A stretch of 64,000 nt of DNA from Eledone cirrhosa (GCA_964016885.1 OZ024760.1:31682001-31746000), one strand, 5' to 3'. Counted from the first letter of the stretch, positions 27,762 to 42,402 are shown. The notes: a model not told the origin generated them from the letters alone. A program made the numbers and translations.

Positions 27762-28966
27762 CTAGCAGAATGGCCCGGCGTTACTCGGGATTTGCTCTAG
27801 GGTTCTTATATATTTGATATATATTTATCCTTATTGAGCCTCTTGAAATAAATACGTTTATTTATATTTTGTTATTGTGTATGCAAAAATATCTGTACAC
27901 GAATATATAACTATATATATATCTAAAACAGAGAATGTCACTAAAACTTGAGAACCACCCAACGGATTGTTTTCAAACTTTATACATGTAATACTTATGG
28001 TCCTGTGAGTGTTTTGAGCAAAACATATTTCAAATGTTCAATGCCCTAGGCACCGCATTAGGCGATTTAGCGATCTCTCTCTATAATTCTTCGTCTTTCT
28101 TTTTAGATAGATACATAGATATAACGTTGCGTCCTTATAATATCTGTCTGTATGTCTGATTGTCTGCATTACGTCATTATGACGCGGTCAGTGTGTGTGT
28201 ATATATATGTATCGTAATGCAGACAGCGTCTCTCTCTCTTTCTCTCTCCCGCTATCCCCCTCTTTTAGTCTGTCTGTTTCTTTCACTCTCACTCTTTCTC
28301 TTTATAATTCACTCACATTAATACTAAAGGGTTAAGGTATTGTTCACAAAATAAATAATATTAAATCTATGGGATTTTTATATTATGTGAGATAAAGCCT
28401 TTACCATGAAAATAATATAGTATATATAGAGTAATGTAAATGCTAAAGGGTTAATTCCATCAGACCATGTGAGAGAGTTTATAATCACTCACGCATGCAA
28501 ACGCACACAAACTCACACACACACGCAATAGTTATTCCACTGTCATGCATCTTTGACGCATACAACTCTCAAAAGACGGCGTCTGTCACTCTCTCTCTCC
28601 CGCTATCCCCCTCTTTTAGTCTGTCTGTTTCTTTTACTCTCACTCTTTCTCTCTGTAACTTGTTCACATTTCTCCCCTCTATCGAAAAACGCTGTGACGA
28701 ATGGGGAGGAGGATTAGAGAGCCACTTCTTCACTTCGCCTCTCCGTTTCTTTCTCTCCCCTCTCACTCCCTCATTATATACAGACATTGGCCACTTCACT
28801 AATTCGATCCCTAGGTCAGAATAATTTGAAATTTTTTTTGCTCAAAACACTCCCGGGGCCATACGGGTTACATGTGTAAATTTTGAAAAAAAAAAAGGGT
28901 TGGGTACTTCTCGAGTTTTAGATAAACAGACACACAGACAGACATCCTCTGTTTTATATATATAGA
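27762..28966 (-). mobile_element. Non-autonomous Helitron-like element
   Basis: Minus strand starts TCTATATATATAAAA and ends cccgagtaacgccggg hairpin + CTAG. Inserted at A|T without target-site duplication (TSD); the empty site is present at about 29560-29610. Confidence 0.85.
28380..28454 (-). mobile_element. Terminus of TTAA/piggyBac-like MITE carrying a single monomer of the 72-bp satellite
   Basis: Reverse complement: ttaaccctttagcatttacattactctatatatactatattattttcatggtaaaggctttatctcacataata. Confidence 0.7.
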
Positions 28967-29015
28967 TAAAAATATTTTTAAGCTGGTTGTATCCCAACAA
29001 ATTAAATATAACCTC

Positions 29016-29088
<73 letters not shown>

Positions 29089-29493
29089 ATACACGCATGT
29101 GTATCCTAATAGAGGAGGAAGAAGAAGGGGGAGAAGAGAGAGAGAGAGGGGAGAGTAAGACATTGAGGTGACAATAAACTGGAAGAAGCAGACGACACAC
29201 CACGTAGCTTACACACGTGACAACAACAAGAAGACATTGGTGGGAAAAAGGTGAGTTACGTTTTTTATATTACACAATATATATACATTGATATATTAAA
29301 CAAACGTAAATATATACATATATACAAATACATTAATATATATATATATTCTATACCTTTCATTTATATACTCTTTTACCCTTTTACCTGTTTCAGCCAT
29401 CCGGCTGAGGCCATGCTGGATATATATATTTCTTTATAATTTCACTCGTGTAGGACACCTCGGTTATTTTTCATTTTGTAAATAAAACCTCAC

Positions 29494-29540
<47 letters not shown>

Positions 29541-29781
29541 AGGGTTCTATTTAAATTGTTGGGATACAACAAGCAAATATTTTTATAACTGATATAAAGC
29601 ACTCAACAAATATTTGGAGTAAAAATACGATATTAACAAATGGAAACTATATTTATAAAACCATATTTATTTCATTATACATATTTCAAAGACACCAAGT
29701 TAAATTATGGGAGCTTCCAACAGTAATGGTTGCATTCTTTAAGGGTATGTCAATATTTATTTATAAAACTGATCTATATTA

Positions 29782-29846
29782 TATTTTATCTGATGAAATC
29801 ACACCATAATTTAACTTGGTGTCCTTGAAATATGTATAATGAAATA
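29782..29846 (+). ncRNA. Minimal type I hammerhead, family A, in a fold-back solo pLTR (about 29540-29890)
   Basis: tattttat-CTGATGA-...acacca/tggtgt...-GAAA-tatgta-TA-atgaaata. Confidence 0.75.
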
Positions 29847-29990
29847 AATATGGTTTTATAAATATAGTTTCCATTTGTTAATATCGTATATATATATATA
29901 TATATACAAGGCCCCCCCCCCCCCCAAATATATATATATACACACTTCAACAGAATTCTAATAAAAGTGTGTTTACATTTTTGGGTACAC

Positions 29991-30023
<33 letters not shown>

Positions 30024-30026
<3 letters not shown>

Positions 30027-30880
30027 ATACTTGGGGAGGGTCATATTTGTGTAATATTGCCAGAATTAATAACAGAACACACTCACTGTTTGGTTGGTTT
30101 TCGCTTCTTTGTCTTTTATATCGGTTAATTTAATTTATTCGGTCCTCAATGTTGCCATTGACTGACCAACCGTCAAAAATACAGATACAATATAGACAGA
30201 AACACATATATATAGTCTATCAAAGTTCTTTCGTTGCACATCTGCAACATCGTCAGTGGTGCTATTGTTTCCTCCCGTTGCATTGTATGTCTACACCATC
30301 TTTATTTAGTCTGTTTATATATTTATTTATTTGTTTAATTTTTTGTTTTCTTTGCGCATGCGTTTGCGTGTGTGTATACTGTTTTGTTTGATGTGTGTTC
30401 GTGATTGGGTGACTGTGTATTGGTTAATGTATTCTATCTTTACTAGTGTGTGTTTATATGTGTTTGTTGTTATTGTGCTTGTGTATGTATTTATTTATTT
30501 ATCTATTTATTTATTTATTTATACTTCTCTTAGGTTGTTTGTTTGGGTGTTGTTGTTATTCCATTCATTTTTTCTCTTTAGCCTTGGCCTTCTAAGTTCT
30601 ATTTCACTGGCCTCTCTGATTTGCCTATCTGCTGGGTCATTTCTATGTTTAGATATTATTCTAATTTCTATGTTGTCTATGTTACCGTCGTGTTGTTGTC
30701 TGGCATGTTCGTATAGTACTGAACCGTTTTTCCGTCCTTTTAGTTCCCCCCAGTGTTGGTCTATCCTTTCACCTATGCTACGAGCTGTCTCGCCTATGTA
30801 TGTTGTTGTCATGTTTCTGCAAGTATCCTTTGTACATCTTATGCTATAGACTACGTTTCTAGTTTTACAGTTTATCCGGG
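30024..30880 (-). mobile_element. Inverted partial copy of the PLE at 31835-33440
   Basis: Reverse complement of 32585-33440, including YIGETARSIGERIDQH. Confidence 0.9.
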
Positions 30881-31392
30881 GGTATATGAAACAACGAAAG
30901 AAAATATGAAAAAATAATTGTTTCTACTTTTGGCACAAGGCCAGCAATAATCCAGTGTATTACTGGTACTTTATTTTATCGACCCCTGTAAGAATGAAAG
31001 GCAAATTTTACAAAGGGCCGTAACTCTAGGCTACAAGGCATGGTGTCTGACGCTTCACCGATTCTGGTTCGTTTATTTCTGTCAGTTTTAAGTTTGTAAA
31101 CTTTTCTAAAATGTTTTAAAATAATAATTGTTTCTACTTTTGGCACAAGGCCAGCAATTATCCAGTGTATTACTGGTACTTTATTTTATCAACCCCGTAA
31201 GGATGAAAGGCAAAGTTAACCTCGGCAGGATTTGAACAATGGAAGTTATTGTGTACAGTTGTTTAGAGTCGTGTCGTGTTTATTTAGAAATGTTGTTATG
31301 AAGGTTTTAAATAAAACTTTCCCTCTCTCAATAATTTCTACAAAATATTGAGAGAGGGATTATTTTATGAATTAAATATATACAACTATTAA

Positions 31393-31437
<45 letters not shown>

Positions 31438-31482
31438 TCTCTTTCTCTCTATATATATGTATACTGTATGTTAATATACATA

Positions 31483-31533
<51 letters not shown>

Positions 31534-31786
31534 ATTAGTACATCTACCAACATATGCGTACAGATGTACACTAATGCTAGCAAATATATAAGTTATAGGA
31601 ACGAGTAGGACCCCGACGGCTGAGATCAAGCCGTTTCGACGGCTAATCCAGTCCAGAATTAGCCGTCGAAACGGTTTGAGCTCAGCCGTCGAGGTCCTAC
31701 TCGTTCCTATTACCCACTCTACTACCCTAAGTATTAAGTACTTTGGTGCGTTATGGTCCACCTGGTTCCTTACCACATTTCCTTCG

Positions 31787-31834
<48 letters not shown>

Positions 31835-31835
<1 letters not shown>

Positions 31836-32949
31836 AGAGAGCACTAACAAGTTTGATTTAGAACGTAGCACAATGGAAAGCATCCAGCAGATAGCTAATT
31901 CCATACACCAGAGTATAACTGTAACTATCGACTACCCATCCAAACACCCTAACAATAGACTACCTGTATTAGACACGGAACTCTGGATTAACACTATAGA
32001 CGAGAGAGCCCAAATTCCCCACTCACACTATGCTAAACCCATGGCCTCCAAATACCTGATACTCAAAAACTCAGCAATGTCCAGTAGTGCTAAGTTTAAT
32101 ATTCTGATCGCAGACTTGGTATGAGTGATGAAGAACGTGTCCCGCATGTGCGACCCAACAGAAATGGAAAGACACATCCAACACTTCATCAACCGCATGC
32201 AGTTCTCTGGCTACAACCAAAGAGACAGAGTCAGAGTATACGAAGGAGCCACGGAGAAGTATAAGACCCTCATAGAACTGGACATGAAAGGAATTTGCCC
32301 ATTATACAGGAGCAAATCATGGAATAGCTTAGATAGGGCTAGACATAAGATAGGGAAAGCCACCTCATGGTACGACAACCAGAGATACCAGAGTGTCATG
32401 TTTGTGGACGCTACCCCTGGAGGGAAATTAGCTAACCAGTGTAGAAAGGCCTTGAGAAAGACCCACTTAAAGATTAAGATGGTAGAAAAGCCAGGAACCA
32501 CCATAAAATCCCTGATCAGCAAAACCTACCCTTTTAAGAAAACCCACTGTACTAATAGGAAATGTATAATATGTAAGGTAAACCCCCGGATAAACTGTAA
32601 AACTAGAAACGTTGTCTATAGCATAAGATGTACAGAGGGTACCTGCAGAAACATGACAACAACATACATAGGCGAGACAGCTCGTAGAATAGGGGAAAGG
32701 ATAGACCAACACTGGGGGGAACTAAAAGGACGGAAAAACGGTTCAGTACTATACGAACATGCCAGACAACAACACGACGGTAACATAGACAACATAGAAA
32801 TTAGAATAATATCTAAACATAGAAATGACCCAGCAGATAGGCAAATCAGAGAGGCCAGTGAAATAGAACTTAGAAGGCCAAGGCTAAACAGAAAAAATGA
32901 ATGGAATAACAACACCCAAACAAACAACACTGACCTAAGAGAAGTATAA
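31835..32949 (+). pseudogene. Penelope-like RT C-terminus + GIY-YIG endonuclease (5'-truncated, one in-frame TGA)
   Basis: IANSIHQSITVTIDYPS...LPVLD...HYAKPM, CTNRKCIIC zinc motif, NVVYSIRC...YIGETARRIGERIDQH...REASEI...LNRKNEW; the two ORFs are in frame across the TGA at 32122-32124. Confidence 0.9.
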
Positions 32950-33438
32950 ATAAATAAATAAATAGATAAATAAATAAATAAATACATACACAAGCACAAT
33001 AACAACAAACACATATAAACACACACTAGTAAAGATAGAATACATTAACCAATACACAGTCACCCAATCACGAACACACATCAAACAAAACACTAGACAC
33101 ACACGCAAACGCATGCACAAAGAAGACAAATAAATAAACAAATAAATAAATATATAAACAGACTAAATAAAGATGGCATAGAAAATACAATGCAACGGGA
33201 GGAAACAATAGCACCACTGATGATGTTGCAGATGTGCAACGAAAGAACTTTGAAAAACTATATATATGTGTTTGTGTCTATATTGTATCTGTATTTTTGA
33301 CGGTTGGTCAGTCAATGGCAACATTGAGGACCGAATAAATTAAATTAACCGATATAAAAGACACAGAAGCGAAAACCAACCAAACAATGAGTGTGTGCTG
33401 TTATTAATTCTGGCAATATTACACAAATATGACGCTCC

Positions 33439-33475
<37 letters not shown>

Positions 33476-33860
33476 GAAGGATATGTGGTAAGGAACCAGA
33501 TGGACCAGATGGGGTCATACTTGTTCCTATTACCCACTCTACTACCCTAAGTATTGAGTACTTTGGTGCATTATGGGGGTCATACTTGTTCCTATATATA
33601 TATATAGTAATAATAATAAATCTGAAGACTAAAATCTAAAGAGGGCTCGATAAGGATAAATATATATAAAATATATAAGAACCGTAGAGCAAATATTAAT
33701 AAAATAACAGATTAAAGTTTAAGCAAAGAATCGCTGCTTTCACCCTTAACGGGATCTTCTGAAACAAGATTTCTGTAAGAAATACTCAATATTTCTGAAG
33801 TTTCAGAAGATCCCGTTAAGGGTGAAAGCAGCAATTCTTTGCTTAAACTTTAATCTGTTA

Positions 33861-33923
<63 letters not shown>

Positions 33924-34628
33924 TTATACATATATATACATACTATATGTATATAATGTATATACATATACACTATATGTATATCTAAATATATATACTT
34001 CGTTTTTCGTATTTATTTTCCAATATTTCTTATCTGAAGTGTTGAAACAGTTATTGTTATGCTTTGGGAGGGTCATGTTGCCAATAAGAAACACATGCAC
34101 CTGATGGTTTTCACTTCAGTTTATTATAAACTCCCCGTCGGTTAGTTTAATAACTAGATGGTTGCTTATTTGTTAAAGTACTTTTGTCACACATTCTGTG
34201 ACCTCCTCAGGGACTAATTTGTTATTTGGGTTCTCTCCTTTGTTCTGTCGTACACCACATTATTAAAAACATTATTTTTTTTAGTAGAAATAGTAGGATA
34301 GAAATATATATCTATATTATTTATTTATTTATTTATTTAATCAATTTAAACGTCCGTATAGAGTTAATAAGCCATGACAGACTAGAGGAAGTATTGAGTA
34401 TTTCTTACAGTTGAGAAACAATAGACGTCGGAATAGAGCTAGTTAGTCCTGACAGACTAGCAGGGAAGTATCTAATTCAAACAATCAAGATATACAGAGA
34501 CAAGTGGATATAAATATACAAATTAAAATAATAAAATAAAAAAATTTAAATATGGAAGGGCGACGGGAGGCAAAATAAACAAAACAAAAGGATAAATAAA
34601 AAAAAAATGTTTAAAGATCTGAAGTGAC

Positions 34629-37075
34629 TTACTTTGAAACTTTGAACAATTTCTTTGACTTACAAAACCAGTTGGAATCAAAGAATCGAGTTCGTGGTTT
34701 TCTTTTGTCGCTCTGGAGACTTGTTAGACTTTCCTCGTCCTCAGAAACGATCACCTCTTCTGTTTCTGGGCTTCCTTTGCAAGCAGTAGCCCCTTCTTCT
34801 GTCTGTTGGTGACTACTAGACTCTTCAGCCTCATCCCCTTCTTTCTCTCCCGCCGACCCCCTCGGTGACGTCGTTGTCGACGATATCCCAAGGTCAAAGG
34901 TCATACTTTGCATACAAAGCTCTCCAATGGTCCCCTTCTTAGTTTTGCCTGTTCGTCTGTGAGAGGAAGGTTGTGATGCTGTCGGTGATGTCGGTCGACC
35001 CACCTTCGTTCGGGATTTTCCCTGACTTTTCTTTTTTGAACTCTTCTCCAACCCACTCTCTGAAACGTCTGGAAAACTGGACTCCAGCGAAGATATATAG
35101 AATATAGAGCTTCCTATCTGCTTGATTGATGAGCTGTCCATTTCGGATGGCAGATTGACCTCTTCAGACGATGGTTGTTGGATGGGTTGTTTTGCCGGCT
35201 CTTCTGATAATATCTCGCTGAGGGCACTACATGTTGCTGATCTGCTCGCAGCACCATTCCCTTGCGCCTCACCAGAAGATAAAACAGGCAGCGAAAAAGA
35301 ATTGGATACACTTATAGTTGAATCTGGTTTGCCTTCTATCGGTGACCTACCGTCTAGGTTTACTGATGACCTGCTGTAGGTTTGTAGTTCAATCTGAGAA
35401 TCACTTGACCGTGGCGCTTCAAATGACCTTCTCCGAGCGGTCACTTCCTCCTGAGCTCCATCCACTGTCCTTCGATAGGTGACTCCAGCTGCATCTGCAG
35501 GCACCTGCTGCTCTTTTGCAGCTGGCTCAACTGATTGCTCTTTTCCTGGCGGCTCTTTTTGCGGTTCGACCCAGGAAGGCAATTTCCGTTGCGGATGAAA
35601 CTCTGCTTGATCACTCGGGATGTTGTATAGGATATGATAGCCAAATTTGGTCAGTGAACGTGGTGAATCAGAAGAATGTAGTGAGATGACTGACCCTGCT
35701 TGCGGTGTTGACTCACTTGACTCAAGACTCTGCGCTGGCATTCCTTCTCCAGAAAGTCTTTTGGCAATGACTTCGACGTAACCTTCTGACATGTCCTCTT
35801 TTTCCAGCCTCTTTGCACTTATTTCCTCGGCGACCTTTTTACTAGGGTCATCTATTCGAACACCTCTGAGATAGCCTCGTGTATGATAGGCTAAATGTCC
35901 CAGTCTGTATTTCTGGCATTCCTCGAGTAATTCTGTAGCCGGCTTGAGTCTTCGTATTGGAGACACAACTCCGACTTGTGGAGGAGATGCCATGTTCTGT
36001 CCTGTTGGACTAGCTATTCGTGAGAGTCTTAATACTGGACTCTCAGGGAAATGAGCCTGTTTTTCTGTTTTTCGACTTTTACCTGATTTTGGTTTTTTCT
36101 TATCTTCCGTTTGTTTTTCATGGTGTGTTTGTTTTTCAGAGCTTGTCGGAAGAGCTTCTGCTTGTGTTGGTGATTTCTTGTCTGTTTTATCAGCTAGAGC
36201 TGTCAAGGGAACATTAGGAGAGCTTTGTTGTCCTTCAGACGGGTGACAGGGATATGTTTGGCTGATGGACTGATCCCTACATACAGGGGCTGCTGCTTTG
36301 CTTTTAACAGTTGGTTTCAAGTATGGGGATGATTCTTTAAGTTTACTTGTTTCCACTCCTTCCGGTGGGGATGTTGTTGGTTCTTCACTAAATATCGGCT
36401 GTTTTACAGCCATGTCTACTTCATCGTGAGAACATTCTGGAAGGAGCAGTTCTGGGCACTTCGGTTCTCTCTTTAACCAATCAGCAAGGGTCTCACCCTG
36501 GTGAAATTTGCTGATCTGTTCACTAGTGCTGGCACCGAGCCCTGATGTAGTCGGTTCCACCGTCGTGTCGACGGCTGCAGCGCCGCTACTACTGCTTGTG
36601 TGTCTTTGAACCGAAGCTGTTTTGCATAACACACACTGTGAGCTGATGGAGGTGGTCTCGTGTGGGGAGGTGCTAACAGTTTGGGGTATCTGCACGTTCA
36701 TTGTTGGAAGGGAAATAGTGAAAGAAATCTGTAATCGAGACTGATCTGAGTCCTGGATCCCGTGACTGATTGTAGCTGGGGTTGTGATGGGTTGAATCTC
36801 CTGAGATGCCCCATCAGGTATCCTTGATATCAGCTCTGCATCACTCGGTGAAAGTGTCGAGATGAAGCTGGCACGATGTGTCTCCCCTTCCGGTGCCATT
36901 CTAATTGGACTTTGATCCATACGTGGTACCAGAGAATCTATGAATGGTGTAGAACTAGATCTGTATTGCAGCTTCGGACTTGATCCATTGATGTGACTAA
37001 TCGGAGATCTTGGATAAAACCTGACTTCAGTCAAACTACCAGCGTGACCATGTCTCAGTCTTCCTTGTTCAAACG
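34629..37075 (-). CDS. Terminal coding exon of an uncharacterised gene (Ser/Pro/Thr-rich, probably disordered region)
   Basis: 801-aa ORF extendable to the acceptor ttttatttgtag|CG at 37075; phase 1 matches the upstream exon (A|CG = Thr); stop TAA at 34629-34631. Confidence 0.9.
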
Positions 37076-38558
37076 CTACAAATAAAACATCATCAGCATC
37101 AGCAACACCACCATCATTATTATCATCATTATCATCATCATTATTATTATTAATTACAATAATCTAATTATTATAATGATTCAATTACCATAATTAAACA
37201 TTAATTATATATTATATCTAATTATTGCTATTAACATCATCATCATCATTTAATGTCCCCATGTGTTACTACTTCCAATGTCTCCTCCCAATTCAGGAAC
37301 CCTCTTTGTTATCTTCCTTTTTTTTTTATCATTGTTAAAATTTATTTACACACAAAACCCTATCCATTCCTCCATGCTGGATTAAGAAACCCCATTATAT
37401 GGTACCCTCTCTATGTTACAGTTAAGGGGTTAGCAGTAGGAAGGGCAGTCATGGTCTTTTATGGGATGTTTGCATCATAATCACAAGATGGTCCCATAAC
37501 TCCAAAGGGGGTTGTAAGGGTGTCATATTGATATACAGTGTTTCTTGGGCATTTTTAAAACCTGGGAGAGTCCATCTCCTCTCCTGGTCTCAATACAACA
37601 GATTTCTTCCAGAGAAGAATAGAGTGACTGAGAATGGAAGGGTGAAAGATATAGAAAGGAAGAATCGACCCCAGTGTTTGACTGGTACCTTTATTATTGA
37701 CCTTGAAAGGATGAAAGGCAAAGTTGAGCTCAGAGGAAGGATCAACCCCAGTGTATTACTGGTATTTTATTTTATCAACCTGACTGAACACTGTGTATGT
37801 GTGTGTGTATATATGTATGTGTGGGTGTGTGTATGTATGTGTGTGTATGTATGTGTGAATATGTGTGTGTGTTTGAGCCTGTATGTATATATGTGTGTGT
37901 GTGGGGGGGTGTAAGTATATGTGAATATATGAATATATATGTTTGTGTCTGTATATGTGTATGTATTAAAGCAGGCAGCAAGCATAAAATGTTCAAAACA
38001 ACAACAACAACAACACACCAAAACAAAAGTTAGTAGAAAATTCAAGGCAGTTTTTTTTTTATATTTTAGATTATTTATTTAGTTTTTGTTTTAAAAAAAA
38101 CTGGGATTTTAAAAAATAATTTTAATATTTTAACAAGATGGAAGTTTCTGGAGAAAACTGACAAAATAATACAACAGAAATATATAAATTAATATAATTA
38201 AAATATTGTTAAATAACAACAAAAAATACAAATACAGAAACGAAATAATTCGAAAGATGTCATGCATTTGTTAATTGCACAAGAGACTTTAGAATACTCA
38301 GCCACTTTACAACTGGAGTATACAAAATTGGAATCAATACAGGAGCTATTACCATCTGATTGTGGTTGTGCACATATATGTATATATATATATGTATATA
38401 TATGTATGTGTATATATATATATGTATATATGCATATATGTGTATATATATGTGTATGTGTGTGTACATGTGTATATATATATGTATATATGCATGTATA
38501 TATGTGTGTATATGTATATGTATATATATGTGTGTGTGTATATATAATTCTACATGTA

Positions 38559-38655
<97 letters not shown>

Positions 38656-38664
38656 ATATAATTC

Positions 38665-38707
<43 letters not shown>

Positions 38708-38730
38708 ATATATAATTCTACATATATATA

Positions 38731-38780
<50 letters not shown>

Positions 38781-38803
38781 ATATATAATTCTACATATAT
38801 ATA

Positions 38804-38893
<90 letters not shown>

Positions 38894-38909
38894 ATATAAT
38901 TCTACATAC

Positions 38910-38943
<34 letters not shown>

Positions 38944-39064
38944 ATATATAATTCTACATATATATATATATAGGAGTTGACTGTGACTACATGTTTCACC
39001 TTTCAAGGTTTATTGAAATAGTTTGAATAATCATTGACGAGTGAAATATGGAATCACAGTCAAT

Positions 39065-39690
39065 ACCTATATTATATATTATATTATATATTATATTATA
39101 TATTATATTATATATTATATATTATATTATATATTATATATTATATTATATTATATATTATATATTATATTATATTATATATTATATATTATATTATATT
39201 ATATATTATATTATATATTATATTATATATTATATTATATATTATATTATATATTATATATTATATTATATATTATATATTATATTATATTATATATTAT
39301 ATATTATATTATATTATATATTATATATTATATTATATTATATATTATATTATATATTATATTATATATTATATATTATATTATATATTATATATTATAT
39401 TATATTATATATTATATTATATATTATATTATATTATATATTATATTATATATTATATATTATATTATATATTATATTATATATTATATTATATATTATA
39501 TTATATATTATATTATATATTATATTATATTATATATTATATTATATATTATATTATATATTATATTATATATTATATTATATATTATATTATATATTAT
39601 ATTATATATTATATTATATATTATATTATATATTATATTATATATTATATTATATATTATATTATATATTATATTATATATTATATTATG
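39065..39690. repeat. Pure A/T repeat built from TATAT and TATATAT units
   Basis: About 620 bp essentially without G or C. Confidence 0.95.
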
Positions 39691-40097
39691 TATATATAAT
39701 ATATATATTACTTCTATATATACGTAATAAATTTGACTCTACTCTCGTATTGAGTCCTTTGTTTGTGATTCACCTTATAAGAGATGATTTCGTCAATGTG
39801 TTGTGCCTGACATGTAAACACTAGGAAGTGTATCACCTAATGTGTCCATATATATATATGCATATGTGTGTGTGTATATACACACACACACATATACATA
39901 TATATATATGTATATGTGTGTGTGTGTGTGTATATATATATTTATACACACATGCACGTATAGATATAATATATATATATGCTATTGATACATATATATA
40001 TATACACAGAGATATCCACGGTAAGTTGTGGGGTTTAGTCTGCATGAAGAACTCAATGTAATCCATAATAAAACATTAAAAGGAAAACAGAGTCATG

Positions 40098-40462
40098 ATA
40101 TAAGTTAAAACAATGAAATAAAAAGTCATTAGAAATATACTTCACTGCTTTACGATCATTTCTAGGTGATGATAATAGATTGTAACTATACTTCGATATC
40201 GATCTATGTAAGGTTAGTTACAAAATATCAGATAAAGAGAATATTTACTTACATGCATATCACCAGCTGTTGTCAAAAACATTATTGCTTTTGACAACAG
40301 CTGGTGATATGCATGTAAGTAAATATTCTCTTTATCTGATATTTTGTAACTAACCTTACATAGATCGATATCGAAGTATAGTTACAATGTATTATCATCA
40401 CCTAGAAATGATCGTAAAGCAGTGAAGTATATTTCTAATGACTTTTTATTTCATTGTTTTAA

Positions 40463-40469
<7 letters not shown>
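40098..40469. repeat. Near-perfect fold-back, about 180-bp arms and 10-nt loop
   Basis: ...cagctgttgtcaaaa acattattgc ttttgacaacagctg...; one mismatch noticed. Confidence 0.95.
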
Positions 40470-40503
<34 letters not shown>

Positions 40504-40992
40504 ACATTCACAAAGACATATATATATATATATATATATACTTATATTTATACACTCATGCACACATGCATATATAAATATATATTATATATCCACATAT
40601 TTATACACACATGCATGCACACACACATATGCACATATATATATACGCATTCACAAAGAAATACATCTATATATTTCCATACATGCAAATATACAAAATA
40701 AAATTTTTCTGAAATTTGACATTTTTTGTTAATCAATTAATTTAATATATTTTTACTTTTCTTCATTTTTGTTAAATTATTTCTCTACATCCATCCCATG
40801 TTTTTAAACTCTTATTTAATATAATAAGTTAATTCTTTGATTTTACACAATGAAACATAATTTATAATTTGTAATTTTTTTTAAATTTTACAAAAAATTA
40901 AATATTTATTTATTTATTTATATTTATAACATTTTGAATTTTTTTTCTTCTCTGCCAGATTGTTTTATGTTTTTTTGATGAGTTGGGGTGGG

Positions 40993-41032
<40 letters not shown>

Positions 41033-41438
41033 GGTTTGTTGGTTCACCACTGGATAGAACTGGTCATTCCGTATGGTCAATCTCGATGTAATATTATGGA
41101 GAGTACTCAACGTAATGCAACTCACCCGTCTTCGTTTGTGTAGTTGGTGGTGCGAGTACTGAGTTAATTATTATAAAATAACAGGAGGCTGGACTGGTGT
41201 AAATCCTTGAAAGGTTTATTATACTGTGATTATTTCAATGACTGGGTTCAGTATGAATCCAGTGACATCATCAGGTATTCAAAATATAACAAAGGAATAT
41301 AACAGATAAAATCCATGGGGCTGAAAATCAGAGACAAGAGGACGACCGACTATTTAGCAGCTTCTACCTCAGTCGGCCGCCCTCGGGTGTTATATTATTT
41401 CTCTACATCCATCTCATGTTTTATTTGTTATATTTTGA

Positions 41439-41496
41439 ATACCTGATGATGTCACCGGATTCATACTGAACCCGGTCATTGAAATGATCATAGTAT
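41439..41496 (+). ncRNA. Minimal type I hammerhead, family C (helix III TGATCA)
   Basis: atac-CTGATGA-tgtcaccggattca tac tgaacccggtcatt-GAAA-tgatca-TA-gtat; degenerate inverted copy at about 41220-41280. Confidence 0.78.
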
Positions 41497-41548
41497 AATA
41501 AACCTTTCAAGGATTTACAACAGTCCAGCCTCCTGTTATTTTATAATA

Positions 41549-41598
<50 letters not shown>

Positions 41599-42402
41599 TC
41601 ATATATTTATAAAATGGTATAATTTTTATTGAAAATATCAAATTACAATTTACAATTATAATATTTAATATGATAGTTTTAACGAATATTTATTTCACTG
41701 GGAAATACACACAAAGTTATTTGCCCCCAAAATACAAGTAAGAGTGTATATATATATATATATATTTCTTAAATGTTTAGTCAGAAAGGAAAGGGCAATT
41801 CCCATTAACTTTTTTAGGGTCTTTGAGACTGGTAAAATATATCCTCAAACCAGCAGAGACCTGTCCACCACCACCCTAGGCCACTCTAGCCCCAGGCACC
41901 AGTTCACTACTTTAGCCCCAGACACCAGTCAGCCACTCTAGGCCACCCTACCTCAGACACCATTCCACCACCACCCTGGCTCACCCTAGCCCCAGTCACT
42001 GGTCCACCACCCTAGCCCTAGGCAGCTATTTTATTTTATCAACACCGAAAGATGATAAAAGGCAGAGTTGATTGTGGTGGGATTTGAACTCAGAGAGTAG
42101 AGATTCGAAATAAATATCACGTTATTTTCTCGTAGGCTCTGACATCTGTCACCTCCCCCCCCCCTTATTGACTAACCCCCTTATTTTCATATTTGGCAGA
42201 GATGTTGTTGTTGTTTAGCCCCTGGTCAGCCTTGACTGAAAAAAAAAAGCAACCTATGATCACTTTGGCCATTTAAAAATACATGTTCCAGAGTGGTCTT
42301 CTGTTTGTAAGACTGTAGGGAGAGGTTTGAAGGAGTTACGGCTGCTACATCTAGCAGGTCAAACATCCATCCACAATGGTCGAAAGAAGCAGTTTATGAC
42401 TC

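Noticed and set aside
32122-32124. In-frame TGA in a PLE as selenocysteine (known in some Naiad elements)
   Set aside because: It falls where Arg is expected (DLV*VM), so CGA>TGA decay is simpler; the element is truncated and I saw no SECIS
37032-37034. TTG start of the 801-aa ORF
   Set aside because: The frame continues to a splice acceptor at 37075 in phase with the upstream exon
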